Source: Nitrosomonadales bacterium
GTDB taxonomy: Bacteria > Pseudomonadota > Gammaproteobacteria > Burkholderiales > SG8-39
DNA: 64,000 bases
Direction of reading: 5' to 3'
Assembly (NCBI GenBank): GCA_005240145.1
Contig: SBAS01000095.1
Span: forward strand, 14,232-78,231
The translations under genes were made by a program, and so were the position numbers. A model generated the notes under the pieces. It made no database searches, had not been told where the DNA came from, and saw nothing but the letters and a program-made list of their open reading frames with translations. Numbering within the stretch: position 1 is the first letter of the stretch; each line of letters opens with the position of its first letter. Positions 51,747 to 60,506 of this stretch are shown one piece after another.

Positions 51747-52858
51747 GCCGATCCCCAGACTTCCTCGGCGGTTTCGATGACGAGGCGCAATTTCGCGCGT
51801 TGCGCTTCGACTGCGATGTTGTTGCCGTGCACGGTGCTGGAGAAGCCGCACTGCGGGCTGAGCGCGAGCTGCTCGAGCGGCGCGTACTTCGCCGCTTCGT
51901 CGATGCGCCGCTTCAGGTCGTCCTTCTTCTCCAGCGCGCCCAGCTTGGTGGTGACGAGGCCGAGGACGACGACCTTTCCCCTGGGCAGGAAGCGAAGCGG
52001 CTTGAAGTCGCCCGAGCGCGCATCGTCGTATTCCAGGAAGTAGGCGTCCACGTTCATTTCCGAGAGCAGCGCCTCGGCCACCGGTTCGTAACCGCCCTGC
52101 GCCGCCCAGGTGCTCTGGAAATTGCCGCGGCACAAGTGGATCGCGAGCGTCATCCCGGCGGGTTTCTTCGCCACGACGCGGTTAATGAATTTCGCGTAGC
52201 GGTGCGGCAACTCGTTCGGGTCGTCGCCGCGCGCCCTGGCCGCAGCGCGCATCTTGTCGTCGCACAGGTACGCGAGGTTGGTGTCGTCCATCTGCACGTA
52301 GGTGCAGCCCGCCTTGGATAGCGAGGCGAGCTCCTCGCCGTAGGCCTTGGCGACGTCCTCGTAGAAATCGGGCTCGAGCTCCGGATAGTGCTGTTTGCTG
52401 ATGCCGGCCCGGCCGCCGCGGAAATGCAGCATGGTGGGCGATGGGATGCACACCTTCGGCGTGCGCGTGGTGCAGGACTTCAGGTACTGGAAGTCGGCGA
52501 GCTGGATGTCCTTCACGTGGCGCACCTTGTCGATGACGCGCATCACCGGCGGCGCGAGTTCCTGGGTGCCGTCGGGCTTCCTGATCATCACCGGGATGTC
52601 GGTCTTGACGCCGCCCACCTGCTCGAGGAAGTCGATGTGGAAGTAGGTGCGGCGGAATTCGCCGTCGGTCACCGCAAGTAATCCGACGTCCTCCTGGAAC
52701 TTGACGATCTGGGCGATCGCCTTGTCCTCGACCTGGCGCAGGTCGGCTGCGCCAATCTCGCCCTTCGCTTTCTTCTCGCGCGCTTCGAGCAGGACCTGCG
52801 GCCGAAGGAAGCTGCCTACGTGATCGGCGCGGAAAGGTGGCGTGCTTCGGTTCGACAT
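51743..52858 (-). CDS. MetE C-terminal-domain-like (cobalamin-independent methionine synthase family) Zn methyltransferase, short form
   Basis: 371 aa from MSNRSTPPFRADHVGSFLRP. Zn-ligand motifs IHLCRGN and LSPQCGFS are present. The track ORF (718 aa) is an out-of-frame overrun across the upstream gene. Confidence 0.8.
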   Translation of the reverse strand: MSNRSTPPFRADHVGSFLRPQVLLEAREKKAKGEIGAADLRQVEDKAIAQIVKFQEDVGLLAVTDGEFRRTYFHIDFLEQVGGVKTDIPVMIRKPDGTQELAPPVMRVIDKVRHVKDIQLADFQYLKSCTTRTPKVCIPSPTMLHFRGGRAGISKQHYPELEPDFYEDVAKAYGEELASLSKAGCTYVQMDDTNLAYLCDDKMRAAARARGDDPNELPHRYAKFINRVVAKKPAGMTLAIHLCRGNFQSTWAAQGGYEPVAEALLSEMNVDAYFLEYDDARSGDFKPLRFLPRGKVVVLGLVTTKLGALEKKDDLKRRIDEAAKYAPLEQLALSPQCGFSSTVHGNNIAVEAQRAKLRLVIETAEEVWGSA

Positions 52859-54291
52859 GGTTCTTTCCCCGCGTTGTTCAAATAAACCCCTTGATGCAGG
52901 AGCGCCGACTGCAGCGCACCGATATCGATCGCGCGCGGCTCGACGCCGCGGTTTGCCGCGAGCGCGGCGGCAGCCCCGGCGGCCTGCCCGGTAATCCAGC
53001 ACTGGGGAATCTCGCGCATGAAGCCGTGCGAGTTCGGGTCGCAGGCGATGTGCCGGCCGCAGGCGAGCAGGCCATCGAGCTTTTCGGGCACCAGGCTGCC
53101 ATACGGGATGGAAATGTTCGGGAACTTGGGCGACACGCTCGGCGTCACGCCGATTTCGTCGTCGAAGACTTTCGCGCTCGGCCATTGCGCGCGCGTGATC
53201 CTGGCCAGGCCGGACAGCCGGCGCGCATGGCGCACCCCCAGCTGCGGCGCGCTCAGGAACAGGAACGCGTTCTCGAAGCCGGGCGCGTGCGCGCGGTAGA
53301 AATCCAGGTGCAGCGCCATCAGGCGGTGCGAGCGGATCTCCACCTCGGTCTGGTCGTCCACCTCGAGCGCAGAGAAGCCGGACTGGCGTGGCCCCATGAA
53401 CAGGGCAATGTCGTTGCGCCAGGAAACGAACGGCCGCTCGAAAGCGCGCAGTTCCTCGCGGCCGCGCGCCATGAACTGCGCGAACTGCTCCGGCTGCCCG
53501 GCGCGGAACTCGATCCAGCGCGCCATGTCGACCCCGCCCAGCAGCCAGGCTGTGTTCATGCAATGGTGGATATCCGCGGCCTCGATGTCGGATTCGTAGG
53601 CCGCGCCCGCGCGCGCGAACAGGTCGCCGTCGCCGGTCGCATCCACCACCACCTTGGCGCGCACCGCCTGGCGGCCCGCCTTGCTCTCGAAGAAGGCGCC
53701 CCGTACCTTGCCGTCCTCCAGCAGCGGCAGCGCGGCCCAGCAGTGGAACGCGAGGCGCACCTTCTGCTCCAGCACGATCTCCTGCGACGCGAGCTTGAGC
53801 CGCTCCGGATCCACGGTCGGCGACCAGGTGACGATCCCATGGAAGGCGGCGGTGCGCTGCCCCCAGTGCGCGGCCGACGCCGCATCCCGAGAGCCCCAAT
53901 CCTTGCGCGCCGGGCCCGCGACGGCCTCGCGCGGCAGGCGATCCATGATCTCCTCGGCGAAGCCGCGGATTACGAGCTTGCCGCTCCAGTCGGTCATGCG
54001 GTCGATCCAGATCACCAGGCCGCCGGTGGAGAGGCCGCCCAGGTGGTTGTAGCGCTCAAGCAGCACCACCTCCGCGCCCAGCCGCGCCGCGGCAACCGCA
54101 GCGGCGGTGCCCGAGGGCCCGCCGCCGACCACCAGCACGTCGCATTCGCGATACACCGGAACGTCCCGTGCCGGCTCGCGCAGGATTCCCAAATCCTTCC
54201 GGTCGGCTTTATCGCTCTCCCGGTCGGCGATCTCGATACCGAATATTTCGGAGGTGAGAATACGCTCGTCCGAGCCTTCGACGGGTTTCAT
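52816..54291 (-). CDS. FAD-dependent oxidoreductase (GidA-like FAD_oxidored fold)
   Basis: CDVLVVGGGPSGTAAAVAAARLGAEVVLLE dinucleotide fold and C-terminal GQAAGAAAALA. 491 aa; the 3' end overlaps the next gene by 43 nt. Confidence 0.8.
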   Translation of the reverse strand: MKPVEGSDERILTSEIFGIEIADRESDKADRKDLGILREPARDVPVYRECDVLVVGGGPSGTAAAVAAARLGAEVVLLERYNHLGGLSTGGLVIWIDRMTDWSGKLVIRGFAEEIMDRLPREAVAGPARKDWGSRDAASAAHWGQRTAAFHGIVTWSPTVDPERLKLASQEIVLEQKVRLAFHCWAALPLLEDGKVRGAFFESKAGRQAVRAKVVVDATGDGDLFARAGAAYESDIEAADIHHCMNTAWLLGGVDMARWIEFRAGQPEQFAQFMARGREELRAFERPFVSWRNDIALFMGPRQSGFSALEVDDQTEVEIRSHRLMALHLDFYRAHAPGFENAFLFLSAPQLGVRHARRLSGLARITRAQWPSAKVFDDEIGVTPSVSPKFPNISIPYGSLVPEKLDGLLACGRHIACDPNSHGFMREIPQCWITGQAAGAAAALAANRGVEPRAIDIGALQSALLHQGVYLNNAGKEPCRTEARHLSAPIT

Positions 54292-54416
54292 GCCTGTACC
54301 CTCAGCTGCGAAACGCCATATTCAAATCTCGCGAAAGCGCCAAACGGCCTGAGGATCGGGCATTGCGCCAGTATAATTTGCCGCTCGCTGCATCGCCACT
54401 CAGGAGGAGGAAAATC

Positions 54417-55487
54417 ATGAAATTGCTGCGTCGTGCTGTTGCCGTGACGATTCTCGCCGCGCCGCTCTGCCTGCCGGGGGTCGCGCCGGCGGAAGACATC
54501 AAGCTGCGCATCGCCTCCGGCCATCCGCCGGTCAATACCTACGTCAACCTGATGCAGAGTTTCTTCGTTCCCGAGGTGACCAAGCGGGTGGCGGCCAAAA
54601 CCAAGCACAAGGTCGAATTCATCGAGGGCTACGGCGGCTCGATGGTGAAAGTGGCCGACACGCTCGAAGGCGTGCAGTCCGGCATCATCGACATCGGAGG
54701 CTACTGCTTCTGCTTCGAGCCTTCCAACCTGCCGCTGCACGCATTCCAGGTGATGCTGCCCTTCGGCACCATGGATCCGGTCACCAGCGTCACGCTCGCG
54801 CGCGCCGTGTACGAAAAGGTGCCGTACATGGGCAATGTGTTCGAGGACAAGTTCAGCCAGCAGCTGATCGCGCTGATCGCGGATAACGGTTACAACCTCG
54901 GCACCAGCTTCGAGTGGAACAAGATCGCCGACCTGAAGGGCCGCAAGCTCGCCGGCGCGGGGCTCAACCTCAAGTGGCTGGAGTACGCCGGCGCGGTACC
55001 GGTGCAGTCCTCCCTGCCGGAGGCGTACACCTCGATGCAGACCGGCGTGTACAACGGCTGGATCATGTTTCCCTCCGGCTACGTGAACTTCAAGCTCTTC
55101 GAAGTCGGCAAGCACTACACCGAGATCGGCTTCGGCGCGATCACCTGGCACGGCCTGACGGTGAACAAGGCGCGCTGGGCGAAGCTTCCCAAGGAAGTCC
55201 AGTCGATCCTGCTCGAGGTGGGCAAGGAGTACGAGACGCGCACCGGCACGGTGAACAAGGAAAACTATCCGAAGCAGCTCGAGCAACTGAAAACCAACGG
55301 GGCGCTCGTCAAGCAGTTACCGGACTCAGTGCGCGTCGACTGGGCGAACTCGCTCAAGGGCTGGCCGCAGGAAAAGGCGGCCGAGCTGGACAAAGCGGGG
55401 CTCCCGGCGACGCAGGTGCTCAAGCTAGCGCTCGAGGAAGCGGAGAAGCTCGGACACAAGTGGCCGGTACGTTACGCGATCAAGTAG
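54417..55487 (+). CDS. TRAP transporter substrate-binding protein (DctP family)
   Basis: Signal peptide MKLLRRAVAVTILAAPLCLPGVAPA, SD GGAGGAGG 7 nt upstream, followed by Q and M subunit genes. Confidence 0.85.
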   Translation: MKLLRRAVAVTILAAPLCLPGVAPAEDIKLRIASGHPPVNTYVNLMQSFFVPEVTKRVAAKTKHKVEFIEGYGGSMVKVADTLEGVQSGIIDIGGYCFCFEPSNLPLHAFQVMLPFGTMDPVTSVTLARAVYEKVPYMGNVFEDKFSQQLIALIADNGYNLGTSFEWNKIADLKGRKLAGAGLNLKWLEYAGAVPVQSSLPEAYTSMQTGVYNGWIMFPSGYVNFKLFEVGKHYTEIGFGAITWHGLTVNKARWAKLPKEVQSILLEVGKEYETRTGTVNKENYPKQLEQLKTNGALVKQLPDSVRVDWANSLKGWPQEKAAELDKAGLPATQVLKLALEEAEKLGHKWPVRYAIK

Positions 55488-55559
55488 CGCTCGCTTGATC
55501 CGATCGGCGCGGGCAGGCCTCTGCCAACGCATGGCCTCCCGCGCTGGCAGCGGGACCCG

Positions 55560-56045
55560 ATGATCGCCCGCTTCAGCGACTGGCTCGCGCAGGCGCTGCT
55601 CGTCGTCGCGGCGGTGCTCGCGTTCCTGCTCTGTTTTCTCGTCTGCGCCGACGTGATCGGCCGCGTCGGTTTCAACCGGCCGGTCAAGGGCACCCCCGAA
55701 ATGGTGTCGTTCACCATCGTCATCGTGTGTTTCCTGCAGGCCGCGTACGCGGTCCGCTCGGGTGGCATGATCCGCGTCGATGCGGTGGTCGAACACCTGC
55801 CGGCGTGGCTGCAGCGCGCGTGTGAGGTGTTCGCGGCGCTGGCCGGGGCCGCGTTCTTCGCGCTGGTCTGCTGGGGCAGCCTCGAGCCCGCGGCGCATGC
55901 CTGGACATCGAACGAATTCGAGGGCGAAGGCGCGTTACGCGTGCCGGTATGGCCGGCGCGCTTCGTCGTCATCCTCGGCAGCTTTCTCGCCGCGCTCAAT
56001 TACCTCCTGCACACGATCGCGCTCCTGCGCGGCGTCAGGCGCTGA
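55560..56045 (+). CDS. TRAP transporter small permease (DctQ family)
   Basis: 161 aa, four TM segments, located between the P and M subunit genes. Confidence 0.85.
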   Translation: MIARFSDWLAQALLVVAAVLAFLLCFLVCADVIGRVGFNRPVKGTPEMVSFTIVIVCFLQAAYAVRSGGMIRVDAVVEHLPAWLQRACEVFAALAGAAFFALVCWGSLEPAAHAWTSNEFEGEGALRVPVWPARFVVILGSFLAALNYLLHTIALLRGVRR

Positions 56046-56047
56046 CC

Positions 56048-57391
56048 ATGTTCGGCGCCGGCGAAGCGATCGTCCTGCTTGGCCTGCTGTTCCTGCTGGT
56101 GTTTGCCGGGGTGCACGTCGCCGTTGCGCTCGGCGCGGCAAGCTGCATCGGCATCTACATGATGCAGGGCGACATCACCGTGGTGCGCATCTTCGTCGCC
56201 AATACCGCCTACGAAGCGCTGCGAGACTATGTCTTCGCGGTGATCCCGCTGTTCATGCTGATGGGCGATTTTCTCGCCAAATGCGGAGCGGCGAAGGACC
56301 TGTTTGCCCTCATCAACCGCCTGTCGCGCCGGCTGCCAGGACGCCTCGCGATCGCCACGGTCATGGCGAACGCGGTGTTCGCCTTCGTCACCGGGGTATC
56401 GATCGCAGCAGCAGCGGCGTTTTCACGCATCGCCTATCCGGAGATGAAACGCCATGGTTACGAGCGCCAGTTCTCGGTCGGCTGCATCGCCGGAAGCGCC
56501 TGCCTCGGCATGCTGATTCCGCCTTCGGTGCTGATGATCGTGTGGGGAGTGCTGACCGAGCAGGCGATCGGCAAGCTTTTCATGGCCGGAATCCTGCCGG
56601 GATTTGTCCTCGTCGCCTTCTACTGCGCGTACATTCTCTGGGTTGCGATCCGCAGCCCGCAGCGCGTCGGCGCGGGCAGTGCCGCGGCGGCCGAGCGCGA
56701 CGCGGAGATGGATGACAGCACGTTCATGGCGCAATTGTTGAGCACGATGCTGGTGATCGCTCTGGTGCTCGGTACGCTCGGCGGCATCTGGCTCGGCGTG
56801 TTCACGCCCACCGAAGGCGCCGGCGTCGGCGCGGCGGCGGCGCTCTTGCTCGCGCTCATGAAGGGCATGCGCGGCAAGGAACTGTTGGAAGTGGTGCTGT
56901 CCGTGGGGCGCACTTCCGCGCCGCTGCTGATCCTGCTGTTCTGTGCGCAGCTCTACTCGCGCGTGCTGGCGATGACCGGCATCACGGGCCTCGCCAAGGA
57001 ATTCTTTCTCACCTCTGGCATGGGCCCCTGGGGTGCCTTGGCCGTAATGGTCGGCGTCTGGTTCGTGCTCGGCTGCATTATCGATTCGATTTCGATCATC
57101 CTGCTGACCGTTCCGGTGTTCGGGCCGATCGCCCTCGCGCTAGGCTTCGATCCCCTCGCCTTCGCAATTCTCGGCATTCTTGCTATCGAAACGGGGTTGC
57201 TCACGCCGCCCTTCGGCATCCTCGTCTTTACGGTGAAAGCGGCATTACCCGATGAGAACATGGCGCTCTCCGAGATCTTCCGCGGGTCCGTCCCGTACTG
57301 GATCTGCCTGCTGCTCGTGATCGTCGTGATCGCCGTCTTTCCGAAAATCGCCACCTGGCTGCCGTATCTCGGCACTGCGCTGGCGAAATAG
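56048..57391 (+). CDS. TRAP transporter large permease (DctM family)
   Basis: 447-aa polytopic protein. Start at the ATG 2 nt after the dctQ-like stop; the track ORF has an upstream extension. Confidence 0.88.
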   Translation: MFGAGEAIVLLGLLFLLVFAGVHVAVALGAASCIGIYMMQGDITVVRIFVANTAYEALRDYVFAVIPLFMLMGDFLAKCGAAKDLFALINRLSRRLPGRLAIATVMANAVFAFVTGVSIAAAAAFSRIAYPEMKRHGYERQFSVGCIAGSACLGMLIPPSVLMIVWGVLTEQAIGKLFMAGILPGFVLVAFYCAYILWVAIRSPQRVGAGSAAAAERDAEMDDSTFMAQLLSTMLVIALVLGTLGGIWLGVFTPTEGAGVGAAAALLLALMKGMRGKELLEVVLSVGRTSAPLLILLFCAQLYSRVLAMTGITGLAKEFFLTSGMGPWGALAVMVGVWFVLGCIIDSISIILLTVPVFGPIALALGFDPLAFAILGILAIETGLLTPPFGILVFTVKAALPDENMALSEIFRGSVPYWICLLLVIVVIAVFPKIATWLPYLGTALAK

Positions 57392-57409
57392 CGCGTTCCG
57401 GAGGCCAAC

Positions 57410-57715
57410 ATGCCCGCGTATTGGGTCGCACGCTCGAAAATCAACGATCCGGCCGAGTACAAGAAGTACACCGACCGGCTCCCCGCGATCATCGGCCGCC
57501 ACGGCGGAAAAGTGCTTGCCCGCGGAGGGCCATTCAGGATCCTTGAAGGGCCTGCGAAATTCCACCGCTTTGTTGTGATCGAATTCCCGACGCTCGAGCA
57601 GGCGGCCGCCTGCCACGATTCGCCGGAGTACACCGAGGCGGCGGCGTTCCGGCGCTCGGGCGCAGGCGAAGTCGAACTGGTCATCGTCGAGGGCGGCGAC
57701 GCGACCACGCGGTGA
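57410..57715 (+). CDS. DUF1330 domain protein
   Basis: The 101-aa sequence MPAYWVARSKINDPAEYKKY...VVIEFPTLEQA is typical of the DUF1330 ferredoxin-like family. Confidence 0.75.
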   Translation: MPAYWVARSKINDPAEYKKYTDRLPAIIGRHGGKVLARGGPFRILEGPAKFHRFVVIEFPTLEQAAACHDSPEYTEAAAFRRSGAGEVELVIVEGGDATTR

Positions 57716-57734
57716 GATCTTGGTTCCAGCACGT

Positions 57735-57768
57735 CAACCCGGCTGACCGGACGTTCCATGCCGGGTTG
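57735..57768. terminator. Hairpin between convergent DUF1330 and pcaG genes
   Basis: CAACCCGGC, 16-nt loop, GCCGGGTTG (9-bp stem). No U-tract, so its function is uncertain. Confidence 0.3.
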
Positions 57769-57817
57769 TGCACCGACTAGTTCCCCGACCGGCTCGCAAG
57801 GCCGACCCTTCATTCCA

Positions 57818-58354
57818 TCAGCAGTCGAAGAACACAGTCTCGTCGCGCCCCTGCAGGATCACATCCCACTGCAGCGCGCCTCGCTTGCCGACCTGCCGCG
57901 CGATCAGCGTGGCGCGCCGCTGCGCGGGCACCAGCTCGAGCACCTTGTCCTCGGCGTTGGCCGGATCGTCGGCAAAATAGATCCGCGTCACGAGCTGCTT
58001 GAGCAGGCCGCGCATGAAGATGTTGACCGCGATGTGCGGCGCCTGCAGTTGGCCGCCCGGGCCGGCCACCCGGCCCGGCTTGATGGTCGTGAACTTGAAC
58101 GCGCCTTTGGCGTCGGTGGCCACGCGGCCGAAACCGCGGAAACCGGGTTTGCCGTAATTTCCCCTGGCATCGGCCTGCCAGATCTCGAGCAGCGCGTCGG
58201 TGACCGGCTTGCCGTCGCCGTCGATAACGCGCCCGGCGATGGATATGCGCTCGCCCGCGACTTTCCTGGGCGCGAGCTTGTCGATGATCAGCCAGGTCAT
58301 GCCGATGTGGAGATACGGCCCCACGGTTTGCGAGGTGGTGGCATGCAGACTCAT
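57818..58354 (-). CDS. pcaG: Protocatechuate 3,4-dioxygenase alpha subunit
   Basis: TTSQTVGPYLHIG N-terminus, 178 aa, ends in FFDC, overlaps the pcaH stop. Confidence 0.9.
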   Translation of the reverse strand: MSLHATTSQTVGPYLHIGMTWLIIDKLAPRKVAGERISIAGRVIDGDGKPVTDALLEIWQADARGNYGKPGFRGFGRVATDAKGAFKFTTIKPGRVAGPGGQLQAPHIAVNIFMRGLLKQLVTRIYFADDPANAEDKVLELVPAQRRATLIARQVGKRGALQWDVILQGRDETVFFDC

Positions 58355-59061
58355 GACTTGCGCTCCATCGGCGTCTCGCCAGGGCCGCGCAGGATGATGT
58401 TGAAGCGATAACCGAGCGCGATCTCCGGAATCGTCGTGTCCAGGTCGAACGCGGAAATCAACCGCTGGCGTGCGCCTTCGTCCGGCACGCAGTTGAACAT
58501 CGGATCGTAGGGGAGGAGCGGATCTCCCGGGAAATACATCTGCGTCACCAGCCGCGTCACGAACGCGGGCCCGAAGAGCGAGAAGTGGATGTGCGCCGGG
58601 CGCCAGGCATTGGGATGGTTGCGCCAGGGATACGCGCCCGGCTTGATGCTGACGAAGCGGTAGCCGCCGTTGTTGTCGGTGAGCACGCGGCCGCAGCCGG
58701 TGAAGTTCGGGTCGGCGGGAGCGTCGTGCTGGTCGGTGCGGTGAGGGTAGCGCCCGGCCGAGTTCGCCTGCCAGATCTCGACCAGCGTATGCGGTACCGG
58801 GCGCGCATTTTCATCCAGCACGCGGCCGCTCACGATGATGCGCTCGCCGATCGGTTCACCCTTGTGCTGCCGTGTCAGGTCGGCATCGCCCGGCTTCACC
58901 TCGTCGCGGCCGAACACCGGCCCGGTCAGCTCGGTGAGCGTCTGCGGCAGCATTACCAGCGGCCGTGTGGGCGCGCGCTTGAGCGTCGATGCGTACGGCG
59001 CAAACAGATAGTCGGGCTGCGTGCCGGGCAGCGGCCGCCGGTAGCTGCCGAGGCCTGCCAT
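58351..59061 (-). CDS. pcaH: Protocatechuate 3,4-dioxygenase beta subunit
   Basis: IGERIIVSGRVLDENARPVPHTLVEIWQANSAGRYPH...WRPAHIHFSLFG (Fe ligands). Start is either ATG 59061 or ATG 59091. Confidence 0.9.
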   Translation of the reverse strand: MAGLGSYRRPLPGTQPDYLFAPYASTLKRAPTRPLVMLPQTLTELTGPVFGRDEVKPGDADLTRQHKGEPIGERIIVSGRVLDENARPVPHTLVEIWQANSAGRYPHRTDQHDAPADPNFTGCGRVLTDNNGGYRFVSIKPGAYPWRNHPNAWRPAHIHFSLFGPAFVTRLVTQMYFPGDPLLPYDPMFNCVPDEGARQRLISAFDLDTTIPEIALGYRFNIILRGPGETPMERKS

Positions 59062-59077
59062 GCCCGTTGTCTTCGTT

Positions 59078-59719
59078 TTATTTCTCGGCATCGGGCTGCT
59101 TCGAGGGTTGGGCGCGGTCGAAGGCGTCGAGCTGCATGCAGTGCGCGAACACACGCATGGTGACCGGATAGGACGCGGTGTCGCATTGGTAGCGCTGCGC
59201 GTTGAAGATTTGCGGCACCAGGCAGCAGTCGGCCATGGTCGGCGCGTCGCCGTGGCAGAACTTTCCCGTTCCCGGGCCTTGCGCCAGGTCGGCCTCGAAC
59301 TTCGCCAGGCCGTCGGCGATCCAGTGGCGGTACCACGCGTTGATCTGCTCGTCGTTCTGCGCCAGCGCGCGCTTCAGGTGTTGCAACACGCGCAGGTTGT
59401 TGAGCGGGTGGATCTCGCAGGCGACGAACATGGACAGGGAACGCACGCGCGCCCTGCCCGGCGCATCCCGCGGCAATAGTGGCGCCTCCGGCCGTGTTTC
59501 GTCGAGGTACTCGATGATGGCAAGCGATTGCGTGAGCAGCTTGCCGTCGTCGTCGAGCGTCGGCAGCAAGGCCTGGGCATTGATCGCGCCGTAACCGGCC
59601 GCGCGGTGCTCGCCCTTGGCCAGGTGCACGAATGCGGCCTCGTAGGGCAGCCCCTTCAGGTTGAGCGCGATGCGCACGCGGAACGCGGCGGAGCTGCGGA
59701 AATAGGAGTAGAGCTTCAT
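59078..59719 (-). CDS. maiA: Maleylacetoacetate/maleylpyruvate isomerase (zeta-class GST)
   Basis: MKLYSYFRSSAAFRVRIALNLKG is the zeta-GST signature; 213 aa. Confidence 0.88.
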   Translation of the reverse strand: MKLYSYFRSSAAFRVRIALNLKGLPYEAAFVHLAKGEHRAAGYGAINAQALLPTLDDDGKLLTQSLAIIEYLDETRPEAPLLPRDAPGRARVRSLSMFVACEIHPLNNLRVLQHLKRALAQNDEQINAWYRHWIADGLAKFEADLAQGPGTGKFCHGDAPTMADCCLVPQIFNAQRYQCDTASYPVTMRVFAHCMQLDAFDRAQPSKQPDAEK

Positions 59720-59737
59720 CGTGGTCAGGCTCGACGC

Positions 59738-60430
59738 TTAGAGCGCCGCGACGATCTTCACCTTCAGTTCGCCGACGCCTTCGACGCCGGCGTGCAGGTC
59801 GTCGCCCGCTTTCACCGGCCCGACGCCCGCGGGCGTGCCCGAATAGATCAGATCGCCGGGCTCGAGCGTGTAGTACTCGGACAGATAGGCGATCTGCTCC
59901 GGCACGGACCAGATCATGTCGGACAGATCGGCCCTCTGGCGCTCCTTGCCGTTCACCTTGAGCCAGATCGCGCCCTTCGCCGGGTGCCCGCTCCTGGCCG
60001 CCGGCACCAGCGCGCTGCAGGGCGCGGCTGCGTCGAAGTCCTTGCCGAAGTCCCACGGCCGGCCGTGGTCCTTGCCCAGCTGCTGCAGATCGCGGCGTGT
60101 CATGTCCAGGCCGACGCCGTAGCCGTAGATGTGCTCGTTCGCCTGCTTTGCGTCGATGCGACGGCCGCCCTTGCCGATCGCGACCACCATCTCGGTTTCG
60201 TAGTGGTAGTTCGAGGTTTTCGGCGGGTAATGCACATTGCCGCCGCCGGGCACCAGGGCGTGCGCCGACTTGATGAAGAAGAACGGCACCTCGCGGCCGT
60301 CGCCGCCCATTTCCTTCTGGTGCTCGACGTAGTTGCGGCCGACGCAGAAAATCCGCCGCACCGGGAACTGGGCCTGCGAGTCCTTGACGCCCAGCGACGG
60401 AATATTCCATAACGGTAAGACGTGTGCCAT
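59738..60430 (-). CDS. Fumarylacetoacetate hydrolase family protein (fumarylpyruvate hydrolase-like, short form)
   Basis: 230 aa from MAHVLPLW. FAH motifs YETEMVVAIGK and GDLIYSGTPAGVG. Start at the internal ATG 60430. Confidence 0.85.
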   Translation of the reverse strand: MAHVLPLWNIPSLGVKDSQAQFPVRRIFCVGRNYVEHQKEMGGDGREVPFFFIKSAHALVPGGGNVHYPPKTSNYHYETEMVVAIGKGGRRIDAKQANEHIYGYGVGLDMTRRDLQQLGKDHGRPWDFGKDFDAAAPCSALVPAARSGHPAKGAIWLKVNGKERQRADLSDMIWSVPEQIAYLSEYYTLEPGDLIYSGTPAGVGPVKAGDDLHAGVEGVGELKVKIVAAL

Positions 60431-60441
60431 GCGCTGCTCTC

Positions 60442-60462
60442 CTAGAAGAAACGGAATTCTAG
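60442..60462. promoter_or_regulatory. Inverted repeat CTAGAA-N9-TTCTAG (candidate operator)
   Basis: It lies in the 76-bp divergent spacer between the FAH operon and the ABC transporter operon. A third CTAG follows at 60465-60468. Confidence 0.25.
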
Positions 60463-60506
60463 TGCTAGGATGACCGCGTAGGTAATCGCCGCCCAAGGAG
60501 GGGAAA

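Noticed and set aside
51743-53899. N-terminally over-extended track ORFs. Examples: the 718-aa 'fusion' over the FAD oxidoreductase gene, the 703-aa kinase ORF at 4161-6272, the 409-aa parB ORF at 14938-16167, the 845-aa gyrB ORF and the 590-aa rsmB ORF.
   Set aside because: The upstream parts overlap the preceding real gene in another frame and have junk composition. Internal starts give canonical N-termini and tidy ATGA-type junctions.
54372-54377. A perfect TATAAT upstream of the TRAP substrate-binding protein gene, considered as a promoter.
   Set aside because: There is no acceptable -35 (CTGAGG at 17-bp spacing) and no TG extension, so the evidence is too weak to list as a feature.
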